Shown here piece after piece: positions 1-7,823 of a stretch of 64,000 nt of DNA. The notes beneath the pieces were generated by a model, which was not told the origin of the DNA, did not search any database, and saw only the letters and a program-made list of their open reading frames with translations. The stretch covers positions 123,540-187,539 of the forward strand of contig CAKROZ010000002.1 in NCBI GenBank assembly GCA_934373635.1, in the 5' to 3' direction. The translations under genes were made by a program, and so were the position numbers. Within the stretch, counting starts at the first letter, position 1. Each line of letters opens with the position of its first letter. The stretch is from an uncultured Eubacteriales bacterium. GTDB taxonomy: Bacteria; Bacillota; Clostridia; Oscillospirales; CAG-272.

Positions 1-1423
1 CGAGGACGCGGTAACCGCCCGACGTATAGAATTCCGTCGGCTTTGTACGCAGGGTGCGCGGCGGGGTGTACCCTTTCATGCGGGAGGCATAACCGCTCTT
101 ATACAGCTCGTCGCGGATCTCGGCGAGCTCGTCCTCGCTCTCCGCGCGCATGAGGAATTCCCTGACGGTGGCAAGGTAGGAAAGCTCCCTCTCCCACTCG
201 GCAATGCAGGCGGTCAGATGCTCCTTTGCGTGCTTTTCCTTGGTATAGAGCTTATACATTTTCTGCGCGTTCTGCGCGGGGGTCAGGCGGGTATCGAGGG
301 GAATTTCGACCTCGGGCATGGCTTCGTCCGTGTAATCGACGACGGTGACGGAGGGCATCCCGCGACGGATCTTATAGAGATTGGCGGTGATGAGGTCGCC
401 GAATTTTTTATACTCTTCGGCGTTTTCGCTTTCGAGCAGGGCTTCACGCTGGAGGGCGAGCTTCTTCTCCGTGCGTGCCTCGGCATTCGAGAGAAGGGTC
501 AGCAGGTCTCTGCCGCGGCGATGAAGTTTTTCCACCCTGTCCCGCTCCTCATAGAAGGCGTCGAACATGGCGGCGAGGTCGGGATAATGCGTCACGGTGA
601 CGGCATCTCCGAGATAGGTGATGTCCATGTAGGATGTGTCTTTCGGCGTGCCGTCGGGCAAGGAGGCGACGGTGGGAAGGTAATCGTTCGACAAAAGCAG
701 GTTACGCCACGCGTCGAGGGTATCGAGCAGGGCTTCGGTCTCCGCATCGGCGAGAAGCGTATCGATACCGCCCGTGGCGCGGTAGCAGAGCTCGTGCGCG
801 ATCTGCGTCGCGACGCCGCCGAGGGTGGAGGTGATGAATTTCTCTACGGTCTTCTCCCGCGGGAATTCGGCGAGCTTCTGTGTAAGGAAGGTGCGGTCGG
901 CATCGAGGGGAGAGCGTTTCCCTGTATCGGCGGGCAGAGTATAGCGCATCCCGGGGAGAACCTGTCTCACCGTACTTGCCGAAAAGTCGACGAGCTTCAT
1001 GGCGCCGAGGATCTTCCCTTCCTTATCGGTGAGGATGAGGTTCGCATATTTGCCCATGATCTCGCAGATGAGGCGGCACTCGGAGGCGAAGCCCATCTCG
1101 TCATACGCCGAAAAACGGAAGACGGCAATGCGGTCGAAGTTCGGTTGCTCTACCCCGAGCAGGCGGGCGCCCGCAAGGTGCTTTCGCATCTGCATACAGA
1201 ACATCGGCGCTTTCAGGGGATTTTCCTTCGTCATATCGGAGAGCTGCATCCGCGGAGCATTCGGTCCGACGTTGAGGATCAGGCGGCGGGAGGTACGCTT
1301 CGCGTGGAGGATGAGATCAAGCTCGTCCCCCTGCGGTTCGAGCACCTTTTCCACCCGTGCGTCGGTATAGTCCCGTTCGATCTCGGTGAGGACGGCGCGC
1401 ATCATACAGGCATCGTATGCCAT
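1..1423 (-). CDS. rqcH: RqcH/FbpA-type NFACT ribosome quality-control protein (fibronectin-binding protein A family), C-terminal part lies beyond the left edge
   Basis: It is missing from the ORF track because no stop lies in the window. Hand translation of the minus strand from ATG 1423-1421 gives MAYDACMMRAVLTEIERDYTDARVEKVLEPQGDELDLILHAKRTSRRLILNVGPNAPRMQLS..., a typical NFACT-N terminus. The frame stays open to base 1. Confidence 0.8.
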   Translation of the reverse strand, partial: MAYDACMMRAVLTEIERDYTDARVEKVLEPQGDELDLILHAKRTSRRLILNVGPNAPRMQLSDMTKENPLKAPMFCMQMRKHLAGARLLGVEQPNFDRIAVFRFSAYDEMGFASECRLICEIMGKYANLILTDKEGKILGAMKLVDFSASTVRQVLPGMRYTLPADTGKRSPLDADRTFLTQKLAEFPREKTVEKFITSTLGGVATQIAHELCYRATGGIDTLLADAETEALLDTLDAWRNLLLSNDYLPTVASLPDGTPKDTSYMDITYLGDAVTVTHYPDLAAMFDAFYEERDRVEKLHRRGRDLLTLLSNAEARTEKKLALQREALLESENAEEYKKFGDLITANLYKIRRGMPSVTVVDYTDEAMPEVEIPLDTRLTPAQNAQKMYKLYTKEKHAKEHLTACIAEWERELSYLATVREFLMRAESEDELAEIRDELYKSGYASRMKGYTPPRTLRTKPTEFYTSGGYRVL

Positions 1424-1516
1424 TTTCTTTCCCTCCGTTCGTTTTTCTTCCGAAGGGTGCCCCCTCGGATCCCTTACCTTTTATTATATAGCAATCGAAA
1501 CGAAAAAGCAAGAGAG

Positions 1517-1551
1517 GAAAATTAAGAATTAAGAATTATGAATTATGAATT
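1517..1551 (+). repeat. AT-rich heptamer array (GAAAATT AAGAATT AAGAATT ATGAATT ATGAATT), copy a of a dispersed intergenic repeat family
   Basis: Five in-register 7-bp units read directly. The same RWGAATT periodic motif recurs at 18633, 52898, 60132 and, inverted, at 60327. Confidence 0.8.
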
Positions 1552-1819
1552 ATCTTAATCCATACGTTTTTTTCGTGAAGGGAGAGGGGGGCTTATTCGG
1601 AGGCGGTGGGGGCGAGCCCCCCGGTCGACAGAGACGACGGGGCTTTTCGGGTTGTCCGGCGTGACTTTGCCGGGGAAAGTGCTTTTTTGAAGGGCGAGGA
1701 GCGCCCCCCGTGCGAAGAGGATGCGCGGGGGCTTTTCGGAGTTTTCTCTCGGCTCTCGTTCACCCCGAGCGAAGGGTTTTCATAGACTGTGGAAGAAGGT
1801 CTCGGAAAGGAGAGATACC

Positions 1820-2695
1820 ATGCTTGTCACAAAGCCCTATGACAGAGAGCGCGCCGTCGCCTACGCGAAAAAGTGGGCGTTCTCGCAAAATCCTCTGTTC
1901 GCCAACTTCCGCGGAATCGGGGGCAACTGCACGAATTTCGTCTCGCAGGCGGTCTACGCCGGCTCCTGCCGCATGAATTACAAGCCGATCTACGGCTGGT
2001 ACTACATTTCTTTGAACGAGCGCTCCGCCTCTTGGGCGGGGGTGGACTATTTTTATAATTTCATCACGGGAAACACGGGAGAGGGGCCGTTCGGCGAGGA
2101 GGTCGGGCTTGACCGTCTCGAGATCGGGGACGTCATTCAGCTCGGCAGAGAGGCGGAGGGATATTATCACACCGTGCTTGTCGTAGGGTTCGAGGACGAG
2201 GATCCGCTGATCGCGGCGCAGACGAACGATGCGTACGAGCGCCCGCTTTCTACCTATGAATACGACTATGCGCGCTATATCAAAATTCTCGGCGTGAGAT
2301 TTCAGTTCCCTTCCTCGGACGACTGCTTCGACGGGGTGTACAACGGCACGGCGCTTCTTTCGGATGCGGGGACCGGAAACGGAGAAAAGCCGCCCATGAC
2401 GATCCCGCCCGAAAACACTCCGAGCACGGAAACGCCGCCCGAAGGAGGTACGACGACGCCCGAGGGAGCAAACGAAGGCGGCACGGCACCGCAGGCGGAA
2501 GGCGCGCAAAACGGCGGTACAGCGGCGCCCGAAGGAGGAAACACAAGCAATTCATCAGGCGAAGGTACAACGAACGGAGGAAACGCGGGCAACGCGTCGA
2601 GTGAAGGTGCGGCAAACGGAGGAAACGGAACGGCGGCCGCCTCACCGAACGGCATAGGCACGGAAAACGGCAGCGCGGGCACTCCCGCGACATAA
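1820..2695 (+). CDS. Putative amidase-domain protein with a low-complexity G/T/N/E/A-rich C-terminal tail
   Basis: ATG 1820 follows GGAAAGGAGAG. The sequence MLVTKPYDRERAVAYAKKWAFSQNPLFANFRGIGGNCTNFVSQAVYAG... resembles the 'putative amidase domain' family. The last ~100 aa are PEGG/NGG-type low complexity. The upstream part of ORF 1721 lacks an RBS. Confidence 0.6.
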   Translation: MLVTKPYDRERAVAYAKKWAFSQNPLFANFRGIGGNCTNFVSQAVYAGSCRMNYKPIYGWYYISLNERSASWAGVDYFYNFITGNTGEGPFGEEVGLDRLEIGDVIQLGREAEGYYHTVLVVGFEDEDPLIAAQTNDAYERPLSTYEYDYARYIKILGVRFQFPSSDDCFDGVYNGTALLSDAGTGNGEKPPMTIPPENTPSTETPPEGGTTTPEGANEGGTAPQAEGAQNGGTAAPEGGNTSNSSGEGTTNGGNAGNASSEGAANGGNGTAAASPNGIGTENGSAGTPAT

Positions 2696-2744
2696 TTTCA
2701 ATAAAGAGCTGTCGCATTAGGCATTTTCCCATACTAAAAATGCG

Positions 2745-2785
2745 AAATGACCGAGAATCATCTTGATTTCTTCGGTCATTTTTGC
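2745..2785. terminator. Bidirectional hairpin terminator between converging genes
   Basis: AAATGACCGA (2745-2754) pairs with TCGGTCATTT (2772-2781), with T/A runs on both sides. Confidence 0.6.
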
Positions 2786-2848
2786 ATATTCATTCAGAAT
2801 TCTTTGCTTTATGCGTTTAGTGCACACAGCCCTTTTTGCAAATAAAAT

Positions 2849-3499
2849 TCAGATAAGTCGGCGTGCGACATCCTCCACCGTTTCGGCGTAAGCGGTAAAG
2901 GGAGCGGCGGTAAGCTCCTCCCTGCTGCCGCACCCGTAGAAGACGCCGAGCGAGGCGATGTGCGAGAGGCGGGCGCCTTCGGCGTCGTATTTTCGGTCGC
3001 CGACGAGGATCGCCTCCTCTCGGGGAATGTCGGGAAAGTGCGCGAGAACGTGCTCGATGACCTCGCTCTTCTTCTCCCGCGAGCCGTCGAGGGTGGCGGC
3101 GCCGACGAAATCGAAGAAGTCGCGGATACCGAAGAGCGCGAGGATCTTCTCGGCGAAGAGCTCGGGCTTTGAGGTAGCGAGGGCGATCTTTTTGCCCGCC
3201 TCTCGGAGAGCGGAGAGCATTTCGGGGATCCCGTCGAACATGCGGTTATCACACCAACCCCGCTCGGCGAAGACCTCGCGGAAGAGATTCAGGGCGCGCT
3301 CCCCTTCCTCCTCCGAGAAGCCGAAGGTGCGGATCCATTCCTCCTTCAGCGGCGGTCCGATGAAGCGGGTGAGACTCTCCCTCTCGCCGTAATCGACCCC
3401 CATCGCATCGAGGGCGTAGGCAAAGGAAGAGACAAGCCCCGAGGTGGGGTCGGTCAATGTGCCGTCGAGATCAAACAGAATGAGGCGGTAGGTGCTCAC
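2849..3499 (-). CDS. HAD-superfamily hydrolase (phosphoglycolate phosphatase-like)
   Basis: STYRLILFDLDGTLTDP carries the DxDG(T) motif I, followed by ATSKP and a late GDRKYD motif. A GTG start at 3499 overlaps the upstream stop as GTGA. The longer 317-aa ORF reads through the upstream gene. Confidence 0.75.
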   Translation of the reverse strand: MSTYRLILFDLDGTLTDPTSGLVSSFAYALDAMGVDYGERESLTRFIGPPLKEEWIRTFGFSEEEGERALNLFREVFAERGWCDNRMFDGIPEMLSALREAGKKIALATSKPELFAEKILALFGIRDFFDFVGAATLDGSREKKSEVIEHVLAHFPDIPREEAILVGDRKYDAEGARLSHIASLGVFYGCGSREELTAAPFTAYAETVEDVARRLI

Positions 3500-4563
3500 G
3501 GTTCGGGATCTCCTTTCGAGGCGGTTTCGTTCGTTGCGGTTTCGTTCGCTTTGGTTTCGTTTTTCTCTTTCGGTGCTTTCGCATAGAGCGCCTGCACGCC
3601 CGTCAGGATACGGACGAATTCCGCCCTGACATCGGCGGGAGAAAGGATCTCTACCTGCGTACCGAAGCCGAGGACGAAGGAATAAAAATTCGGGCTGACC
3701 ATGACACGCAGGCTGACGCGGAAATATCCTTCCCCGTCGGGGAAAAAGGTAGGGGCATTTCCGAAGCGGTCGATCATCACGCCCGCGAGAGATTCGGCAC
3801 AACGAAGGGTGACGAGCTCTTCCCTTCCTCCGTACATCCCGAAGGTCTTCTCGGAGTAGTCCGCGGGGTTAAACCGCAGAAGCTCATGCGTAATTGTACG
3901 CTTTTGTTTGCAATTTTCGACATCCGTCAGCTTATCGACGCGAAAATGCTTGATCTTCTTATCCTCTTCGTCAAAGGCGATTAGGTAATAATTCTCATTG
4001 TTCCACACCATGGCATAGGGGCTGACCTCATAGCGTTTTCCGCCGTGGCGGAGGACTTTTTCCTTTTTTGCGTTGTATTCATAGTAGCAAAAGGAGAGCC
4101 TCATGCCCTCGCGGATGGCGGTATGAAGAAGGTCGACGTTCTGCATGGCGGACTCGCCCGTCGCCTTGACACGTCCCTCGACGTAGACCTGACGCGACAG
4201 CTCGGCGGCGCGGTGTCTGCCCGCGAAGCGTTCGAGCTTTCGGATCAGGGTGATGGACTCCTCCTTCGGGATGAATCGCGAGCTCTGGATGGCGTCGACA
4301 AGCATTTTTAACTCGGGGAGGGTGAAGATCCGTTCGGCGAGGCGGTAGCGCGGCGGGCTCGTGCGCATCCGCTCGACGGGGAACCCGAGGTTCGAGAGCA
4401 CGGCGAAATCGTCGTAAAGCCCCTTGCGCTCGGCACCGATGCCGCGCGAGGCGAGATGGACGCGGATCTCCTCGAGGGTGACGCCGTGCGTATCGTCGGT
4501 CTCGTCCAAAAGATATTCAAAGAGCGCGAAGAGCTTTTCCTTATGTCCCGCGGATCTCGGCAT
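3496..4563 (-). CDS. WYL-domain transcriptional regulator (N-terminal HTH plus WYL)
   Basis: The N-terminal wHTH-like region reads KLFALFEYLLDETDDTHGVTLEEIRVHL. The central segment RYEVSPYAMVWNNENYYLIAFD is typical of the WYL domain. Confidence 0.7.
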   Translation of the reverse strand: MPRSAGHKEKLFALFEYLLDETDDTHGVTLEEIRVHLASRGIGAERKGLYDDFAVLSNLGFPVERMRTSPPRYRLAERIFTLPELKMLVDAIQSSRFIPKEESITLIRKLERFAGRHRAAELSRQVYVEGRVKATGESAMQNVDLLHTAIREGMRLSFCYYEYNAKKEKVLRHGGKRYEVSPYAMVWNNENYYLIAFDEEDKKIKHFRVDKLTDVENCKQKRTITHELLRFNPADYSEKTFGMYGGREELVTLRCAESLAGVMIDRFGNAPTFFPDGEGYFRVSLRVMVSPNFYSFVLGFGTQVEILSPADVRAEFVRILTGVQALYAKAPKEKNETKANETATNETASKGDPEP

Positions 4564-4629
4564 GGTGACATCTCCTTCCCGTTTTCCGTTTTATTGTATC
4601 ACATTTTTTCTCTCTTGTAAAGGGACGTC

Positions 4630-4658
4630 TTGACTTTTTTCGCGTTTCCTATTATAAT
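4630..4658 (+). promoter_or_regulatory. SigmaA-type promoter (TTGACT-17-TATAAT)
   Basis: TTGACT at 4630-4635, a 17-nt spacer, and TATAAT at 4653-4658, upstream of the DMT transporter gene. Confidence 0.6.
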
Positions 4659-4710
4659 ATAGGTGTTTTCGGAAAGGAACTCGGCGCATGTCATGCCGAG
4701 AACGGAGTCT

Positions 4711-5649
4711 ATGAAAAAAATCCTATCGCCCGTCTATCTGTTTATCGCCGCGCTTATCTGGGGGCTTTCCTTCTCGGCACAGAAAAGTGCGGGTGCGCTC
4801 CCCGTCTTTGTACTCAACGCGCTGCGCGCCCTGACGGCGAGCCTGTTTCTCTTTTGTATGATCCCTCTGTTCGACCTCCTAACGAAGAGCGAACGGCGGC
4901 TTTTCTCGGGAAAGCACGGGCTTGACTTTACCCGCTCGGAGCTTGTCGGCGGCGTCATTTGCGGAGCGCTTCTCTTCCTTGCGAACGGCGCGCAGCAGCT
5001 CGGCATCAACGGCTCGGAGCTGTTCCCCGGCGCCACGGCGGGAAAGGCGGCGTTTCTCAGTGCGCTCTACGTGGTCATCGTTCCGCTGTACGGTATTTTC
5101 CTCGGACGGCACGTAGGCGGGCGCGTCTGGTGCTCGGTCGGGCTTGCCATTGTCGGCTCGTTTCTTCTCTGCTTCAACAAAGAAAGCGGCATCGGCGTTG
5201 CCGATCTGATCCTGCTCGGGTGTGCGGCATTCTACGCGCTTCACATCACGGTGATCGACCGCTTCTCCCCTTCGGTCGACGGCGTGCGGCTCTCCTGTAT
5301 TCAGTTTCTCACGGCGGGCGTGCTCTCGGCGTTCCTTGCCCTGATTCTCGGTTCGCCCTTCGACCTTCCTCTCATCGGGGAGAACATTTTCCCGATCCTC
5401 GTCCTCGGCATCGGGGCGAGCGGCATTGCCTACACCGCGCAGATCCTCGGGCAACGGGACACCCCGCCCGCCGTCGCGTCCCTGATCCTCTCCCTCGAGT
5501 CGGTCTTCGGCGTCATTGGTGCCGCCGTCTTCCTCGGTGAGAGCATGACGGCGCGCGAGATCGTCGGCTGCGCCGTGGTCTTCCTCTCGGTCCTGCTCGC
5601 CGAAACGGACATAAAAACGCTCTTCTCCAAGAAGAAAGGCCAAAAATGA
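4711..5649 (+). CDS. DMT/EamA-family transporter
   Basis: About ten hydrophobic segments, with the N-terminus MKKILSPVYLFIAALIWGLSFSAQK typical of EamA. ATG 4711 follows GGAG. Confidence 0.7.
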   Translation: MKKILSPVYLFIAALIWGLSFSAQKSAGALPVFVLNALRALTASLFLFCMIPLFDLLTKSERRLFSGKHGLDFTRSELVGGVICGALLFLANGAQQLGINGSELFPGATAGKAAFLSALYVVIVPLYGIFLGRHVGGRVWCSVGLAIVGSFLLCFNKESGIGVADLILLGCAAFYALHITVIDRFSPSVDGVRLSCIQFLTAGVLSAFLALILGSPFDLPLIGENIFPILVLGIGASGIAYTAQILGQRDTPPAVASLILSLESVFGVIGAAVFLGESMTAREIVGCAVVFLSVLLAETDIKTLFSKKKGQK

Positions 5650-5679
5650 CGCCCCCCGCCCCACTGAATTCAAAAAGCC

Positions 5680-5709
5680 CCCCGCAGGGCGGCTTGCCGC
5701 CCTGCGGGG
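5680..5709 (+). terminator. GC-rich hairpin after the transporter gene
   Basis: CCCCGCAGGGCGG-CTTG-CCGCCCTGCGGGG is a perfect 13-bp stem. The T tract is weak. Confidence 0.5.
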
Positions 5710-5997
5710 AATTGTTTCGCGAAAGAGAAAGAGGAAGCACACAAAGTATTCTCCCGTATCGTAAACGGAAAACGATCGGACATCTTTTTCATCTCCCCCG
5801 TCGCTTTCCATGGTCATTCGGATCTTCGTGTCCGACGCGTTTCCTATAAAACCCACGAGCTTCGCATCCTCGGAGCGCCCTTCCCGTGATATCTTGGGTC
5901 AAAAACGGTATTTCGTGGTTCGTGGGGAACAAATTCGCTGTTTATGGGGAAGACATTTTACAAAAAACGTGCTATCATTTTCTTCGAGGTGAGTAAA

Positions 5998-6549
5998 ATG
6001 GATCAGATAAAAATAGGAAAATTTATCGCCGCTTTGCGAAAAGAGAAAAGCATGACGCAGGAACAGCTCGGAGAAAGGCTCGGTGTTACAAACAAGACCG
6101 TTTCCCGTTGGGAAAACGGCAACTACATGCCCGACGTTGAAATGCTGTCACTCCTGTCCAAAGAATTCGGCGTGACGATCAACGAACTGATCGGCGGAGA
6201 ACGGCTCGGCACGGAAGACTTCAAAAAAGTCGCCGACAATAACCTACTCACCGCGCTGAATGACAGTGCTTTCACACAAAAAGAACGATTGGCATTTTTT
6301 AAGAAAAAATGGTTGCGCGAACATATCGCAACGATCGTTTTGTGCGTCGCGGCGTGGGTCGGTGTGGTAACGGCAATAACGTTAAAAACCTACGACGGCG
6401 ATATCTTCCCGCTGTCGGGTGCGATCGGAGAACTGCTTGCCGTACTCTTCTATATGGTGCTTCATAACCGCATGATGGCGTATGTGGAAGATCACACCTT
6501 TCCGACCCCCGACAAGAAAACCGAGGATAACGAGGAGAAAAAGAAGTAA
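5998..6549 (+). CDS. XRE-family HTH regulator with C-terminal transmembrane segments
   Basis: MDQIKIGKFIAALRKEKSMTQEQLGERLGVTNKTVSRWENG is a classic HTH_3. Two hydrophobic helices lie in the C-terminal half. ATG 5998 follows GAGGTGA. G+C is visibly lower than in the flanks. Confidence 0.75.
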   Translation: MDQIKIGKFIAALRKEKSMTQEQLGERLGVTNKTVSRWENGNYMPDVEMLSLLSKEFGVTINELIGGERLGTEDFKKVADNNLLTALNDSAFTQKERLAFFKKKWLREHIATIVLCVAAWVGVVTAITLKTYDGDIFPLSGAIGELLAVLFYMVLHNRMMAYVEDHTFPTPDKKTEDNEEKKK

Positions 6550-6590
6550 CGGTATCACGATTTCGGTAATCGGTCATGTTTTCGATAAGC

Positions 6591-6625
6591 AAAAAGGACT
6601 GCCCTTTCATTTGGCAGTCCTTTTT
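6591..6625. terminator. Bidirectional hairpin terminator
   Basis: AAAAAGGACTGCC-N9-GGCAGTCCTTTTT. Confidence 0.7.
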
Positions 6626-6671
6626 GCTGTTTTCCGATCGTCCCTTCTTCGGGTCGCGCGACCTTCCTTTA

Positions 6672-6878
6672 TTATGCCGGTTTCCGCGAGCTGATATAGG
6701 AATCGATGTCGTCGATCATATAATTCATTCCCATCGTGTGCAATGCGTCGTAGTATGTGCGAAGATACTCGCACACGGAATATCGGTTGAACAGATCCAT
6801 CACTTCACTTGCCGACATCCCTTTTCGGTTCTTGTACTCCTCCACGCAAAGTACGATAAAAAGCAATTCTTTGCTCAT
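6672..6878 (-). CDS. DUF3791-family small protein
   Basis: MSKELLFIVLCVEEYKNRKGMSASEVMDLFNRYSVCEYLRTYYDALHTMGMNYMIDDI matches my memory of DUF3791. There is an ATGA start/stop overlap with the upstream gene. Confidence 0.6.
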   Translation of the reverse strand: MSKELLFIVLCVEEYKNRKGMSASEVMDLFNRYSVCEYLRTYYDALHTMGMNYMIDDIDSYISSRKPA

Positions 6879-7123
6879 TCAGTCTCTTCCGGGAACAAAA
6901 GCTCTCCCGTCTCCTTTTCATGTTTCCACATTTCATATATGGTCAACGGACTGCAATGCCACAGCTTTGTTTCCTCCCGCGACAAACAATCATAAATCTT
7001 TGACCGATAGAACGCATTCATGGCGGCAAGCTCCCCGACGCCCTCTTTTTCCGCAATCAAGGCAATCGTTTGCGGCACGAGTGCTATGCTTAATATCGCG
7101 TTGAATTTTTCGTCCACGCTCAC
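6875..7123 (-). CDS. DUF3791-family small protein (second paralogue)
   Basis: A GTG at 7123 overlaps the DUF3990 stop as GTGA. The content (LWHCSPLTIYEMW) is DUF3791-like. The longer 96-aa ORF overlaps the upstream gene. Confidence 0.5.
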   Translation of the reverse strand: MSVDEKFNAILSIALVPQTIALIAEKEGVGELAAMNAFYRSKIYDCLSREETKLWHCSPLTIYEMWKHEKETGELLFPEETE

Positions 7124-7598
7124 ATCTCTTTCGCTTCGAGAAATTTCAAAAACGCGATGGCACACTCTGTCGCAAATACATATTGATCGAACAGCTTCCT
7201 GGTTTTCAGCGCCTCGAGTGCCTGTTCTTTCGTCAACAATCCGGCGCCGTAGATTTGAAGCGTTCGATACACATCATCATTTGCGACCGCGCCGACGATG
7301 ATGTCGTAAGATTCACCGTCGTAGGCGCCCGTGCGATGTGCCGTGACAAAATCCAACCATTCCTCGTCGGGAGAGGAAAATCGCTTGATCTTCAAAGATC
7401 CGCTTTTCACGGAATCGTCGAATTCGTATGAATTCAGAATCGGAGCGCCGCCTCTGCGAACGATGATCTTTTTAGCAAAGCTTTCTTCCTGTGCGCGATT
7501 GGCAGTGGTATAAAAACCATAGCCGAAGTCCAAAAATCTGTTTTGCCCGATCAACCCGGTCGGTCGACAATGACATTGCTTCCATGATACAAAATCAT
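7120..7598 (-). pseudogene. DUF3990-family gene interrupted by a 1-nt frameshift near its 5' end
   Basis: ATG 7598 lies 5 nt after GGAGG and encodes MILYHGSNVIVDRPG, then stops at TGA (7553-7551). The family-typical continuation LIGQNRFLDFGYGFYTTANRAQ... is in the -1 frame (the 179-aa track ORF). One extra G in the GGG run at 7555-7557 would restore a single frame. Confidence 0.6.
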
Positions 7599-7823
7599 AA
7601 GATTCCTCCGTGTCCTCCTCTGCCCGCTCTCCGAGCGCCCTTCGGCGAAACTCCTCCATGCGGGAAGGCAGACAAAGGACTATCGTCTCACATCTCTATT
7701 ACATCCCGAAAGCGTGCGGATGTCAACCGTCTTGTGCAACAATTCACATCTCGGTGAAAAAAGGAAAAACGGATGTCAGAGTGCCGACTTGCATCCTCTT
7801 ACATCCGTTTTTCATTTTCCGTA

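Noticed and set aside
218-1525. A 435-aa plus-strand ORF covering the left end of the window
   Set aside because: It is the antisense shadow of rqcH. Its sequence is Gly/Arg/Glu/Leu-rich with no motifs, whereas the minus strand gives a textbook NFACT N-terminus with an ATG at 1423.
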